The notes: a model not told the origin generated them from the sequence alone. 64,000 bases of DNA from an uncultured Bacteroidaceae bacterium (GCA_964550635.1 CAZJZV010000007.1:5722-69721); one strand, 5' to 3'; positions 37,939-50,300 are shown, numbered from the stretch's first letter. Numbers and translations: made by a program.

Positions 37939-37970
37939 GAGATTCCCACGCTCCGCTCGGAATGACAGAG
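37939..37970. repeat. REP-like repeat family B copy
   Basis: GAGATTCCCACGCTCCGCTCGGAATGACAGAG; one mismatch to the 37596 copy. Confidence 0.8.
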
Positions 37971-37983
37971 AATTAAATCCGCA

Positions 37984-38130
37984 ATATGCAAACGGCGTAA
38001 TGCATTTCACTACGCCGTCTTGCATATATCATGCTTGCATAGCAAGTATATCATATGGCGCAAGCCATATATCATACGTTCCGCAAGGAACGTATATCAT
38101 TAAAAAATCCGCTATAAGCGGATTTTTTCA
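37984..38130. repeat. Five-hairpin array with ATATCAT linkers (copy 2)
   Basis: Hairpins at 37984-38027, 38033-38047, 38055-38068, 38076-38093 and 38101-38130; ATATCAT at 38026, 38048, 38069 and 38094. The last hairpin overlaps the ntpD stop. Confidence 0.85.
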
Positions 38131-38763
38131 CTCTTGTTTGTTTTCAATCATCGACTTGACTTTCATGATTCGGATTGTCGAACTGCGTTCGTTTTCGTCA
38201 AGTTTCATCGTGATATACTTTATCGTTTCTTCGAGTTGCGGTATCATCACGTATTCGAGTGCGTTGACTCTTCTGCGGTTTTTCTCAATCTCGTCGGCAA
38301 GCATATTGCATGATTTTTCCACTTCGGCGAGTTTCAAAAGGTCGCCGAGAAGTCCCGAAAGAGTCGCTATCGAATCGTCCAACTCTGCGGTGACTCCCGC
38401 AAAGGAATAAGGATAAAGTTCCTTGCTCTCCCCTTCTTCGATTTCAAATGCGGGGACGTCAACTCCCATAAGGTTCTTTTCGGACAACACGAGATTTACG
38501 GATGCAGACGGCATGGCAATAGCTTCTTCGATGGTCGCATCGCTTGAAACCGCGCGAGCGAGCATGAAGTTTTTGAGCGCATCCGAAAGTTTGCCTTCCA
38601 CTTCTTCGCGTAGGCGTTTGTTTTCTCTGACGAGCATCATAAATTGACGTATCATTTCATCCGATTTATCTTTCAGGAGTTTATGCCCGCGCGTAGCGGT
38701 TTTCAGGCGGTTTTTGAGCCGTCTCAACTCCATTCTTGTCGGATTTACGTTCAATCTTGCCAT
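38128..38763 (-). CDS. ntpD: V/A-type ATP synthase subunit D
   Basis: NPTRMEL..LK..RGHKLLKDK; RRRVNALE. Confidence 0.95.
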   Translation of the reverse strand: MARLNVNPTRMELRRLKNRLKTATRGHKLLKDKSDEMIRQFMMLVRENKRLREEVEGKLSDALKNFMLARAVSSDATIEEAIAMPSASVNLVLSEKNLMGVDVPAFEIEEGESKELYPYSFAGVTAELDDSIATLSGLLGDLLKLAEVEKSCNMLADEIEKNRRRVNALEYVMIPQLEETIKYITMKLDENERSSTIRIMKVKSMIENKQE

Positions 38764-38769
38764 AACTGA

Positions 38770-40149
38770 TTAGTCCTTGTTTTCGGGGAGATACTTGTCA
38801 AGGTAGGCGTCGCGGATACGTTTCAACTCACCGCGGGGGAGCATACCGAGAAGTTCCCAACCGATATTGAGAGTTTCTTCAATGGTGCGGTTTGTGGAAA
38901 AGCCTTGAGATACGTAGCGTTTCTCAAACTCTTCCGCGAACCTTGCGAACTTCTTGTCCACTTCGGTAAGCGCCGCTTCGCCGAGAATGGAACTCAATTC
39001 TTTTGCTTCCTTACCCTGCGCATACGCACTGAACAGTTGGTTCATCGTATCTGCGTGGTCTTCTCTCGTCTTGCCCGCGCCTATGCCCTTATCTTTCAAA
39101 CGAGACAGGGACGGCAACACGTCGATAGGGGGATTAAGTCCTTTCTTGTAGAGTTCTCTCGACAAGATGATTTGTCCTTCGGTGATGTAGCCGGTAAGGT
39201 CTGGAATGGGGTGCGTTTTGTCGTCTTCGGGCATGGTCAGGATAGGAATTTGAGTGATTGAGCCCTTCTTCCCCACTATTCTGCCCGCGCGCTCGTACAT
39301 AGTCGCAAGGTTGGTGTAGAGATAACCGGGGTAACCGCGACGGCCGGGGACTTCCTTTCTTGCCGCGGAAACTTCACGGAGAGCCTCTGCGTAGTTTGTT
39401 ATATCGGTGGTGATGACAAGGACGTGCATATCCTTTTCATATGCGAGATATTCCGCCGCCGTGAGAGCCATACGCGGAGTTGCGATACGCTCGATTGCGG
39501 GGTCGTTTGCGAGATTGACGAAGACGACTGCTCTTTCGATTGCGCCTGTTTTTCTGAAGTCGGAGATGAAGAAATCCGCTTCTTCGAAGGTTATGCCGAC
39601 TGCCGCGAAAACGACTGCGAATTTGCTATCCGAGCCGAGCACTTTCGCTTGACGCGCGATTTGTGCCGCAAGTTCTGCGTGGGGCAAACCCGACATCGAG
39701 AATACGGGAAGTTTTTGTCCTCTGACAAGGGTGTTAAGTCCGTCTATCGCACTCACGCCGGTTTGGATAAATTCGTTGGGATAGTCGCGTGCGACAGGGT
39801 TTATCGGTTGCCCGTTGATATCCATTTTCATTTCGGGGATGATAGGCGCACCGCCGTCGCGGGGGTTGCCCATACCGTCGAAAACTCTGCCGAGCATTTC
39901 TTCGGACACGCCGAGTTCCATACTTCTGCCAAGAAATCTTGCCTTTGAAGTGGACATCTTCAAGCCTTGAGACGGTTCGAATAGTTGGACGAGTGCCTTA
40001 TCGCGATTGACTTCGAGCACTTTACCGCGTCTGACGTCCCCGTTTTCCTGTCTAATCTCCACGAGTTCGTCGTATTTTGCGCCGTCCACGCCCTCGACGA
40101 GCATAAGCGGACCTACGATTTCTCTTATGGTCTTATATTCTTTAAGCAT
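38770..40149 (-). CDS. ntpB: V/A-type ATP synthase subunit B
   Basis: [46 protein letters not shown]. Start at ATG 40149. Confidence 0.96.
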   Translation of the reverse strand: MLKEYKTIREIVGPLMLVEGVDGAKYDELVEIRQENGDVRRGKVLEVNRDKALVQLFEPSQGLKMSTSKARFLGRSMELGVSEEMLGRVFDGMGNPRDGGAPIIPEMKMDINGQPINPVARDYPNEFIQTGVSAIDGLNTLVRGQKLPVFSMSGLPHAELAAQIARQAKVLGSDSKFAVVFAAVGITFEEADFFISDFRKTGAIERAVVFVNLANDPAIERIATPRMALTAAEYLAYEKDMHVLVITTDITNYAEALREVSAARKEVPGRRGYPGYLYTNLATMYERAGRIVGKKGSITQIPILTMPEDDKTHPIPDLTGYITEGQIILSRELYKKGLNPPIDVLPSLSRLKDKGIGAGKTREDHADTMNQLFSAYAQGKEAKELSSILGEAALTEVDKKFARFAEEFEKRYVSQGFSTNRTIEETLNIGWELLGMLPRGELKRIRDAYLDKYLPENKD

Positions 40150-41911
40150 TGATGCCTCCTTCGCCTGAAAGAGCAAGCATTTGTTTCTTGAGTTCCTGTT
40201 CGAGCAGGTCGAATTTGCCCATTTCGTCTTCGGGGATATACTTCGCTCTGCCGATTTGGTCCTTTATTTTAAGTTCGAGAATATCTTCGATATCCACGTT
40301 CTTATCGAGAGCGTCGTTGCCCTGACGATAAAATTCAAGGATGAGTTTCAACATTCTGCACTGCTTGTCAAGGGATGCGTAAGTGTCGACTTCGTGGAAA
40401 GCGTTTTGGTGCAGATAGTCTTCACGCAGGGATTTTGCGGTTTCCATAGTCAACCTATCCTTCGGTGAAAGCGCGTCCATACCGACGAGTTGCACGATTT
40501 CATTGAGCGACGCTTCTTCTTGCAATATTCTCATTGCGGTTGTGCGCAGACTCACCCATTCGTCCCCGACGTTGTCCTGATACCATTCGCCGAGTTTGTC
40601 CGCATAGAGAGAGTAGCTCGTGAGCCAGTCGACCGCGGGGAAATGACGCTTGTATGCAAGAGACGCGGACAATCCCCAGAACACTTTGACGATACGCAAC
40701 GTGCTTTGGGATACGGGTTCACTCAAATCTCCGCCCGGAGGCGATACCGCGCCTATTGCGGTAATCGAGCCGATTTCACCGTTTCCGCCGAGCACTTTGA
40801 CAAGCCCCGCTCTCTCGTAAAATTCCGCAAGACGAGAACTGAGATATGCGGGATAGCCTTCTTCACCGGGCATTTCTTCAAGACGACCGCTCATTTCGCG
40901 CAACGCTTCCGCCCAACGAGAAGTGGAGTCCGCCATGATTGCGACCGAGTAGCCCATATCGCGGAAATATTCCGCAATCGTGATACCGGTATAAATGGAC
41001 GCTTCACGCGCCGCGACGGGCATATCCGACGTATTCGCGATAAGCACCGTTCTTTTCATCAAAGGTTCACCGCTACGGGGGTCTTTGAGTTCGGGAAATT
41101 CGTTCAAAACGTCCGTCATTTCGTTACCGCGCTCACCGCAACCGACGTAGACGATAATATCCGCATCCGCCCATTTTGCAAGTTGGTGTTGGACGACGGT
41201 TTTTCCGCTTCCGAAAGGTCCGGGGACTGCCGCAACACCGCCTTTTGCGATAGGGAACAAAGTGTCGATGACGCGTTGTCCGGTGATAAGCGGGGTTTTC
41301 GGGGAGAGTTTTTCAAGGTACGGTCTGCCTTTACGGACGGGCCAACGTTGCAACATACAAACGTTCACGTCCCCTTTGTCCGTTTCGACGACTGCGACCG
41401 TTTCATCCACCGTGAAAGCACCCGATTTTATCTCTTTTACGGTGCCTTTCACGCCGTAAGGAATCATAATCTTGTGAAGGACGAGCACGTTTTCCTGCAC
41501 CGTACCGACGACGCTACCCGCACTCACGCTGTCTCCGACCTTTGCGACGGGGGTGAAATCCCACTTTTTCTCGTGGTCGACCGCAGGGACGTAAACTCCC
41601 CTTGCGATTCTGTCGCCCGACACTTCATAGAGTTTTTTTAGCGGTCTTTGGATTCCGTCGTAGATACCCTCGATAAGTCCGGGGGCAAGTTCGACGGACA
41701 GGGGCATACCCGTAGATACGACCTCTTCACCGGGACCGAGTCCGCTCGTTTCTTCGTAGACCTGAATGGAGGCTTTATCTCCTCTCATTTCGATGATTTC
41801 GCCGATGAGTTGCTTGTCGCTGACTCTGACGACGTCATACATCTTGCTATCCGCCATATTTTCTGCGATGATCAACGGTCCGGAAACCTTAACGATTCTT
41901 CCTGTTTCCAT
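40142..41911 (-). CDS. ntpA: V/A-type ATP synthase subunit A
   Basis: [36 protein letters not shown]. Confidence 0.97.
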   Translation of the reverse strand: METGRIVKVSGPLIIAENMADSKMYDVVRVSDKQLIGEIIEMRGDKASIQVYEETSGLGPGEEVVSTGMPLSVELAPGLIEGIYDGIQRPLKKLYEVSGDRIARGVYVPAVDHEKKWDFTPVAKVGDSVSAGSVVGTVQENVLVLHKIMIPYGVKGTVKEIKSGAFTVDETVAVVETDKGDVNVCMLQRWPVRKGRPYLEKLSPKTPLITGQRVIDTLFPIAKGGVAAVPGPFGSGKTVVQHQLAKWADADIIVYVGCGERGNEMTDVLNEFPELKDPRSGEPLMKRTVLIANTSDMPVAAREASIYTGITIAEYFRDMGYSVAIMADSTSRWAEALREMSGRLEEMPGEEGYPAYLSSRLAEFYERAGLVKVLGGNGEIGSITAIGAVSPPGGDLSEPVSQSTLRIVKVFWGLSASLAYKRHFPAVDWLTSYSLYADKLGEWYQDNVGDEWVSLRTTAMRILQEEASLNEIVQLVGMDALSPKDRLTMETAKSLREDYLHQNAFHEVDTYASLDKQCRMLKLILEFYRQGNDALDKNVDIEDILELKIKDQIGRAKYIPEDEMGKFDLLEQELKKQMLALSGEGGINA

Positions 41912-42243
41912 TATTTATCCTCTCTGTTGTCAAACAAAATATCCGAGCCGATAGCCTTTTCCACGTCGCTTTGTATTCCGCGCATACCGAAACCGCTATT
42001 GCCTTCAGCGGACGGAATGGGGACGACGACGGGATAAGGTCTTGACTTATACCGTTTGAGCAAACTTTCAATACTTATTGCTATTTTATCCGTGATGAAG
42101 ATTACGGAATAATTTCTTGCGACCTGCTTGACGATTTCTCTTGCGTCGCTTTCGTTGTCAACGGGAAAGATGTCAAGACCGATAGCCTTGAATGCAAGGA
42201 CGGAATCCTTATCACCTACGACCGCAATACCGTTACGCTCCAT
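41911..42243 (-). CDS. ntpF: V/A-type ATP synthase subunit F
   Basis: [26 protein letters not shown]. Confidence 0.88.
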   Translation of the reverse strand: MERNGIAVVGDKDSVLAFKAIGLDIFPVDNESDAREIVKQVARNYSVIFITDKIAISIESLLKRYKSRPYPVVVPIPSAEGNSGFGMRGIQSDVEKAIGSDILFDNREDK

Positions 42244-43201
42244 AAATTTCACGAGTCCTTTCTTTGATAAGTGACGGATTTACATGGTTCTTGATACCCG
42301 CCACGATGAGTTTTGCAACCTTGATTTCAGTGCGTTTTGCAAGATAGTAGTACACAATCGGAGACGGAGATTCAAGGTCGTTGAATTCCTTTTTCCAACC
42401 GTCGAGAATAGCGTTGTCAACTTCGGTTTCAAACTGCGCCAAACTTCCGCCGTCCGCAAGCAGTGCGAACAAATCGAAATACTCTGTGTTTTTGAGTTCG
42501 TTTTTGAGTGCTTCGTTAGAGCCGAAACACCTTTCAAAAACGTCGAGCGCAATCTTTCCGCCGTCAATGAAGTTTTCTTTGAAAAAGTCAACGTCCGCGC
42601 CGATTTTCTCCGTGCGATAAAAGGTCGATATATTCGCAACGTCAATCTTGAAAACGAAGTGCGAAACAAGTTTTTTACCGCCTTTTTTCGCTCTTTCGAG
42701 TTGTTCGCGGAAAGTCGCTCTGTCAAGGGTTATATCGACGTAGCGCGAAGTTATCCCGCCGTCCGCTATCTTTTTGGATATATCCGCGAGTGCGTCCGCA
42801 AGCACCTGACTCACTCCGTCATAATAGCCGTCAATCGCGGATTTGATATTCTCAACGCTCGTCAAACCTTCGGGCATGAGAGCGGGTTTATCCCCTGTGA
42901 TTTCCGCTTTCACAAGTGCTTTTGCATTGTGGAAATCCGCGTCGAGCAAGAGTGCGTCGAGCGCCCCGCCCACGTTGAATGCGCGAAGCAATGACACCGC
43001 GTTTTCCTCTTCCTTTTCGATGAGAGTGTCAAAATCGCCTTGCGCGACGGTCTGTCCTTGTCCGAAACCCAGTTCTAGCATAACCTTAAACGCCTCGTCC
43101 GTAGACGAGCATTCGGCGAGCCTTTGCATATGCTGTGAAGTCAGCAATTTGCTCTCCATGGCTTTTATTCGAGCGTTTTCAAACAAAAACTTGTCGGACA
43201 T
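42233..43201 (-). CDS. ntpC: V/A-type ATP synthase subunit C
   Basis: NARIKAMESKLL, IDVANI, YYLAKRTEIK...IKERTREIY; operon position. Confidence 0.88.
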   Translation of the reverse strand: MSDKFLFENARIKAMESKLLTSQHMQRLAECSSTDEAFKVMLELGFGQGQTVAQGDFDTLIEKEEENAVSLLRAFNVGGALDALLLDADFHNAKALVKAEITGDKPALMPEGLTSVENIKSAIDGYYDGVSQVLADALADISKKIADGGITSRYVDITLDRATFREQLERAKKGGKKLVSHFVFKIDVANISTFYRTEKIGADVDFFKENFIDGGKIALDVFERCFGSNEALKNELKNTEYFDLFALLADGGSLAQFETEVDNAILDGWKKEFNDLESPSPIVYYYLAKRTEIKVAKLIVAGIKNHVNPSLIKERTREIYGA

Positions 43202-43776
43202 CAGTCGAACAACTCCTTCGCGACTTTTCCTTCGGTATCCTCTCTCAACACGTCGAGTTCCGCTTCAAAAGTCAGATTTTTATCCACGCCTGCGCCTGCA
43301 AGCACCATACCGCCGTCGAAATCCCCGAACGTTTTTGACAAAGTCAGGGTGATACCCTTTTTCTTCGCGACGTCGGCAACGACTTTTTCGGTCACTATAT
43401 CCTTTTCGTTTTCGGATATAATCACGACGTCGCCGTCTTCCGCCTTGTCGAGCATGCCGAGAAGAAGTGCTTTCAAGGTTTTTTTGTCAAGACTATTCAG
43501 TTTCTCGAGCACGCGAGCATAGGTCAAATCGAGTGCCCTTGATTTTGCACCCAGACCGAGTTTTCTTGCGTCGAGTTCGGCAACGGTTTCGCTTCTTGAC
43601 GCGATTTCTGCGACTGCAACGTCGATTTCGTGCTTATTTTTCGCAAGATACTCTTTGCATTCGCTTGCGGCGGTAGCGATGATTTCGTCCGCTTTTATAC
43701 GGGCCTCTTCAAGCACCGCGCTTGCGCGCGCTTCCGCATCCGAAATAATCTTTTCGATGATTGCTTCTTTGCTCAT
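43201..43776 (-). CDS. ntpE: V/A-type ATP synthase subunit E
   Basis: N-terminal coiled coil, DGGMVL...NLTFE; operon position. Confidence 0.85.
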   Translation of the reverse strand: MSKEAIIEKIISDAEARASAVLEEARIKADEIIATAASECKEYLAKNKHEIDVAVAEIASRSETVAELDARKLGLGAKSRALDLTYARVLEKLNSLDKKTLKALLLGMLDKAEDGDVVIISENEKDIVTEKVVADVAKKKGITLTLSKTFGDFDGGMVLAGAGVDKNLTFEAELDVLREDTEGKVAKELFD

Positions 43777-43788
43777 TTTGTCCTCTTA

Positions 43789-44274
<486 letters not shown>

Positions 44275-44301
44275 TTACCTCCTGCACGAACCGTGCATTT
44301 T

Positions 44302-46362
44302 TTACGCCCGAACCGCGACGTCCGTCGCGTCAGTCAGCGAATTGTATTCTTTTTGAGAGTCTATATAGGTATATTTCGTCTTCGTTGCAAACGGAATAAA
44401 TTGATGTCCGCCGCCCGAATAGAACTTTCCGAAAAATTCAATGTATTGCAAACGGCAGTTATGCACGTACGCGCCCAGTGCCGAAATCGCAATGTTGAAC
44501 GTATGCCCGATGATATATACGGGTATGCAGATGATATAGCCGACGAATTGTATATCCGCGGGGAAGAATCCCGCCACTATCGAGCAAATCATGTTGACGA
44601 CCATTGCAACAACACCACCCGACAACGCAAGTCCGAAAAGTCGAGAGTAACTCAACACGTCTGAAAGCACGTTGACTATATCGTAGAGTTTGCCCACTCT
44701 GCCAATCATACCCTTTATTGGACCTTTCTTGCTCTTGACACCGCCTACGAGTATAAAAATCACCCCGACGACCGCCAGTGCTATTGCGATATATTTCAAG
44801 AAAGACGGCGCGTTTTCAATGAGAAGTCCGACCGCAAGACAACCTATCGCCGCAAATATGAAGTACCAGGACAACACGTCCGACACCACTGCAAGATAGT
44901 CTTTATGCCTGATGAGATTGAGCGCGTTGACGAACATACCAACGATTATCTGCAAAAATCCAAGCGCAAAACACATTACGAGCATTTTTAGCGGTTCGTC
45001 AAGGGGATTGAATAACAGTGCGTAAGACACGTTCATATCCGGAGTCGGGAAGCCTAGGTAACTTCCGAACAACATACCCCATATAGCCGTCGAAACTCCG
45101 CCCATAGCGATGATAAGCATAAGTCTGCCCTTGCCCGGGACGGGTTTTGAAATCTTGTAAAGCACGAAACCGGCAACGGCAAATATCACGCCGTACACCG
45201 CGTCCGCAACCATGATTCCGAAGAATAGGAAATAGAAGAAAGTCATTATCGGATTCGGATCTATATCCTCGCCGTACTTTGGCACCGAGAACATATTCGT
45301 AATGTCCTCGTAGGGTTCGACGATTTTGTTCGAGCGCACGAGAGTAGGCACGATTTCCCCATCTTCAGGCTCGCGGAATTCATAGACCATTCTGTCCGAA
45401 ACTTTGTCGAGAATTTTTTTCAGGTCGTTTTCTTTGTCTTTAGGATACCAACCTTCGAGGACGAAGGAGCGGTCCGTCGTCGCAAATCCGTCGAGAGCGT
45501 CGAGTTTCGCTTTTTCGACGAGATAGTAGTCGTAAAGGGTTTTGAGTTTTCTGACGACCTTTTCTTTTTCGAGAGCGCGCACCATCAAATCGAATTTCTC
45601 TTTTTCTATACTCTCGATACGCGCGTTATTTTGAGAGATTTTTTCACGAGCGGTGACGTCAAAGGTGAACGAACACTTCGCGTAGTCCGCGGATTGCAAG
45701 ACCGCACTCAATTCGCTTTCCTTTTCGTTCAAGCAAACCGCTACGAAAGCAGTCGCTTTTTGACCGATGAAAGTTTCGACGTACACGTCGTCTATATCGT
45801 TCGCACCGCGCACTATATCCGCCTTTGAACCGACGACCGAGCCGACGACCACTTGCACGTTTTTGCTACCTACAAGAGACGAAAACGGCGTTTCAAGGTT
45901 CTCATATACGGCAAGCGCTTCGTTTTCTGCAAGTATTTTTTGCTTTTCGGAGTCGAGTTCCTGACGGGTGTTTTTTATGCTTTCAAGCTCTTCCACGTCG
46001 CAAAGAAGTTCATATTCTTCCGCACTTATCATCGCGAAATCTTCATAGTCCATTCTTGCGATAGACGTGAAAGGGGGTTCCTTTACGGGAGTATAAACGT
46101 AGGGATTTTCTGAATTTTTGCTATCCTTTTGCGCCTTCTCTGCAAGTTTCTTTTGAGCGCGCAAGAAATCAAAGGCGGATGATATGCGGAACGTTTTTCC
46201 TTCTATCTCCTCCTTCGTGCGCGAATTGTCAAGACGTGAAGTGTTTTCCAAATCTTCAGTCGCGACGATTTCCACCAACTTGCTTTGGTGCAGCGCCTTG
46301 AAAAGATTGAATCTGTCCGACCGATGCCCGATGAGCACCAGTTTTTTCATTTCAACAATCAT
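44302..46362 (-). CDS. ntpI: V/A-type ATP synthase subunit I
   Basis: EGWYP, DPNP, SDVLSYSRLFGLAL, HNCRLQYIEFFGKFY.GGG. Confidence 0.95.
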   Translation of the reverse strand: MIVEMKKLVLIGHRSDRFNLFKALHQSKLVEIVATEDLENTSRLDNSRTKEEIEGKTFRISSAFDFLRAQKKLAEKAQKDSKNSENPYVYTPVKEPPFTSIARMDYEDFAMISAEEYELLCDVEELESIKNTRQELDSEKQKILAENEALAVYENLETPFSSLVGSKNVQVVVGSVVGSKADIVRGANDIDDVYVETFIGQKATAFVAVCLNEKESELSAVLQSADYAKCSFTFDVTAREKISQNNARIESIEKEKFDLMVRALEKEKVVRKLKTLYDYYLVEKAKLDALDGFATTDRSFVLEGWYPKDKENDLKKILDKVSDRMVYEFREPEDGEIVPTLVRSNKIVEPYEDITNMFSVPKYGEDIDPNPIMTFFYFLFFGIMVADAVYGVIFAVAGFVLYKISKPVPGKGRLMLIIAMGGVSTAIWGMLFGSYLGFPTPDMNVSYALLFNPLDEPLKMLVMCFALGFLQIIVGMFVNALNLIRHKDYLAVVSDVLSWYFIFAAIGCLAVGLLIENAPSFLKYIAIALAVVGVIFILVGGVKSKKGPIKGMIGRVGKLYDIVNVLSDVLSYSRLFGLALSGGVVAMVVNMICSIVAGFFPADIQFVGYIICIPVYIIGHTFNIAISALGAYVHNCRLQYIEFFGKFYSGGGHQFIPFATKTKYTYIDSQKEYNSLTDATDVAVRA

Positions 46363-46682
46363 TTGATATACTTATCCAACAAAATTCCCACGAGTTCATC
46401 CGCTTTTTCGTCGATTTTTTTGTCTTTGCTTTCGACGTATTCTTTTGCGGAAGTCTCTCCGTTTTCAATGATTTTCGTGCGTCTTGCGTTGGCGCTTTCT
46501 TCAGCTTCGGCAATTGCACGTCGAAAATCCGCCTTGCATTGCAAAACGGTTTCTTTTCTTTCTTTTTCCGCTTTCAATTCGGCGTCAAGGACGATTTGCT
46601 TGCCCTCTTGAAACGCTTTTGATTGCATTTCCGACGCCGTTTCTTCTGCGGATTTGATCTCTTTGAGAACTTCTTCGATCAT
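46359..46682 (-). CDS. V/A-type ATP synthase subunit G/H
   Basis: IKSAEE.A coiled-coil protein at the head of the operon. Confidence 0.75.
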   Translation of the reverse strand: MIEEVLKEIKSAEETASEMQSKAFQEGKQIVLDAELKAEKERKETVLQCKADFRRAIAEAEESANARRTKIIENGETSAKEYVESKDKKIDEKADELVGILLDKYIK

Positions 46683-46683
46683 C

Positions 46684-47136
46684 TTACTTGTTGTACTTCT
46701 TCTCGATATCGGTGATCATATCGAGACGACGTTGATGTCTTCCGCCCTCGTACTCTGCAGTGTACCAAGCGGTGACAATGTCTTTCGCTTCTTCGGGGGT
46801 GATGACTCTGCCACCGAGTGCGATGATATTTGCGTTGTTGTGATTTTTGGTGAGTTGCGCCATATAGGTATTCGTCACGACCGCCGCTCTGATGCCGGGG
46901 ACTTTGTTTGCGGATATGGAAATGCCGATACCCGTACCGCACATAAGCACGCCTGCATCGCATTCTCCGCTTGCCACTGCTTCTGCAACTTTCAAACCGT
47001 AGGTGGGATAATCCACGGAATCCGTGTTGTAAGTGCCAAGGTCGACGACTTCTGCGCCGAGGGATTGAAGCGTATTCACAACGCTTTCTTTGAGAACGAT
47101 ACCGCCGTGGTCACAGCCGATTGCAATTTTTTTCAT
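46684..47136 (-). CDS. rpiB: Ribose-5-phosphate isomerase B
   Basis: IGCDHGG, DYP, CGTGIGISISANK, HNNAN, GGRH.RR. Confidence 0.95.
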   Translation of the reverse strand: MKKIAIGCDHGGIVLKESVVNTLQSLGAEVVDLGTYNTDSVDYPTYGLKVAEAVASGECDAGVLMCGTGIGISISANKVPGIRAAVVTNTYMAQLTKNHNNANIIALGGRVITPEEAKDIVTAWYTAEYEGGRHQRRLDMITDIEKKYNK

Positions 47137-47295
47137 AATAATAACTCCCTTATTTTGATATATAAATTATATTCCTTACTAGTTCAATTGTAAAGAAAAA
47201 ATTTTTTTGCTCGCCACCTGCATGATATTAGTTTAACATTAAACCAATATGAAAGCGGTTTATATCTGTCCTTCTAATCGATGACGTCCCCAAAA

Positions 47296-47333
47296 AAACA
47301 AAAAACGCAAGGATTTCCCTTGCGTTTTTGTTT
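47296..47333 (-). terminator. Intrinsic terminator after the giant protein gene
   Basis: AAAAACGCAAGG-ATTTC-CCTTGCGTTTTT with T tracts on both strands. Confidence 0.8.
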
Positions 47334-47340
47334 GTTTACG

Positions 47341-50300
47341 TTAGTCTTTCTTTCCGACTACGGGAGGTTTCTTGCCCACAACGGGAGGCACTTTGCCGGT
47401 GTCCGCCGCCGCTTCGGGTGCGACTTCGGGAGCGGGTTCTGCCGCTTCGGGTTTCGCAATTTCGGGTGCGGAGATCGATCTTGCATTCACGTCCGCGCCT
47501 TCTTTAACGCCGATGACGGGAGGTTTCTTCTTGCCAACGTGAGTGGGTTTTGCGGGTCTGACCTTCACGGGTGCAGGTTCGGGAGTCGGCTCCGGAGTAG
47601 GCTCGGGAGTGGGCTCTGCAACGGGTTCGGGAGCGGGTTCCGCCACAGGTTCAGGCGTGGGTTCCGCTACGGGTTCGGGTTTCGGCTCGGGCGTAGGTTC
47701 AGGAGTAGGTTCTGCGACAGGTGCGGGTTCCGCCACTTCGGGAGTATCGACGTCCATGGTCATTCCGGTGCCTGCGATTGCCGCTTTTTTCTTCTTCTTG
47801 GACAAGCCGATGCCAAGACCGAGTGCAAGTGCGATGATTGCCGCCGCGCCACAGCCGACTGCTATCCACACCCACATCGGGATTTCGGTAGAAGTCACGT
47901 TGACTTTGACGGGGACTGCGTTAACGTAGACCAACCAACCAAGCTTATCGGTGTTGAAGGTTACGAATGCATTTTCATACTCTACTCCGTCAATTTCCTC
48001 GGTCACGATTTCGGAAGTGTAATCAGTGATTTCCTTGAAACTACCGTCGTTATAAACCATGATGAGTTTATAGTTGTTGAGGTTGTCCAAGTAGGTGTTG
48101 ACGGTGATGGTCATATCGTTACTACCGTGGTTGACGTCGCTGAGCGTTTCACCGGAACCGGTAATGATTCTGATATGCGACAATTGATAGATCGAAGACT
48201 TGTAGCCGTAGGAATCGATATAAGGCACCAAGGTTTCGTATGCATCGTTGAACAAGTCGACGTCGTATTGATAGATCGCGTTATTAGTGGGATCTGCAAT
48301 CGAATCTTCGTCGACGTAGTTGACGATGAGTTGGATTGTCGAATCGGTGATTTGCTTATCGTTGAACTTGATGGTTGCAAGTGACGAATATTTGAGCTCA
48401 TCGGTCGTGAGTGCGAAGTCGCCGGTCGTGAAGCCGATGACCTTGTAGTTGGAGTCTTCATCTCCGTAATAGTAGTCTTTGTCTTCGCCGATTGCGCCGA
48501 TAGAGATATAGCCGTCGCTTTCTTCCGTTACGACAGACGATTCGTCGGTGCAGTAGCTAATCGTGTAGTTGTAACGTCCGGGAGCATCTACGATTTCTTG
48601 GATGACGCCTTCTTTGGACATGCTCTTGTACATAATCATGAAGTAGGTTTCATCGATGTCGCTATTGGACAGACCGTGGCTTGCGGACTTGGGCGAGAAT
48701 TCGTACTTGAACACGATACCCTTATTGATCGCGTTGCCTTCATCGTCGTAAGTCGTCATTTGTTGTTTGCTGCTTTCAAGCACGGTGACGACGATTTCCG
48801 CGGGAAGAACGGTGATCGTATAGGTCTTTTCAAAGCTATTGTAGTTTGCGGTTTTTATATCGGATGCAGAAGTCGGGTTTTCGGGAGAAGTGAACTTGAC
48901 TGCCACTTTGTAGGTGCCTGCATTGATGATTTCTCTTCCGTCCACGGAGATCTTGACTGCTTTCTTGACTGCCGCCATATCGTTTGACGCAACGCCGGTG
49001 ATGGAGTTTTGGATTGCGCCCTTGACATCGTCGAAGTGGTCGTAATCATAGTAGTCAAGGCTATAAGGCGTGTAACCGAGAGAGATATCCGCCTTGGTGA
49101 TGGTCAACGTGGATCTGAGTTCCGCAGTGCTGCTGAATTCATCGTCGATGACTTTGGTAATGTTTGCGACGACTAAGTAAGAGCCGACGTTGATAAGATC
49201 CGCACCGTTCACGAGATTTTCGGGGGCGACCACGCCGTTCTTGTAGTAGGAGTAGACCACGTCGAGACCGCTTACGCTACCCTTCACACTCATCTTGTCG
49301 GACTTGGAGTTGCCGTCGTAGACGGTGGAAGAGTCGGACATTCTGACGCCGGAGATAGGTGCGATAGTGACGTTGAGTTTTGCGACCTTATCGGTATCCC
49401 AAACGATGACGTAGTTGTTTGCGAGAGCGGAAGAAGTATCGATATGGACCGCATAGTAACCGCTAGTGAGAGAGGAAACGGGTTTGACGTTTTCATCAAT
49501 ATCACTCCAAGCACTGCCGTCGAAGTATTTGAAGGATGCGACGGGAGCGGTCAAGATTGTGGAAAGGTTATCGCCGTTGACAAGACCGGTGTAGGAGAGC
49601 TTGATTTCGGGCAAACCGCCTTCCTTGTAGAGTTTGCTATAGCTATAACCTTCTTCAACGGTTGCCGCGTGGACTTTAAGGATTGCCTTTTCGACCAAGA
49701 TTTCACTGCTCGTGAGCGTGCTATCCGCAACGATATTGCCGTCCGCGTCGAACTTGGTGTATGCGAACTTGAAGGTGTAGTTGGTGGAAGAACCGCCGCT
49801 TATGGTTGCGGGATAGGTGCCGACGGGATAGGATGCGACGAGTTTGCCGTTGACGTCGACGGAAGGTTCGACGAACGTACCGTCCATACGCACGTATGCG
49901 CCGTCGTTTGCTTGTACGAACGCACCGTCCACAAGGTTATAACGATAAGCGTTGATACCTTCGCCGAGTTCGGAGTAGCGTTCTGCGAATGCGACTTGGT
50001 AATCCGCGACGGTCATATAGCCGTAGTTGCTCGAAACGATGACTTCGCCTTCCCCTGCCTTGTAGCCGAGTTTGCCGTCGAAGTTAGGCGCCTTGCCGTA
50101 AGTGGACTTGACTGAATCGAGTTGAGCGGTGATGACGCGGGGTTTGATTTCCGCGACGATAGAAGCAGTCGAACCGACGGTCGTGTAGTTTTTGTAGATA
50201 TTCGCATATTCTGCGGCGACGCCTTCTTTTGCTTTGAGCGCGTTACCGGTGAAGGTGAACACGACGGAAGTGCTGCCGACCGAAGACGCTTTATAAGCGA

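Noticed and set aside
37820-38410. ORFs sharing GTG.KAEIIS.F.PVPKRK (also 58001-58333 and 58997-59611)
   Set aside because: These are translations of the family A palindrome and run antisense into real genes.
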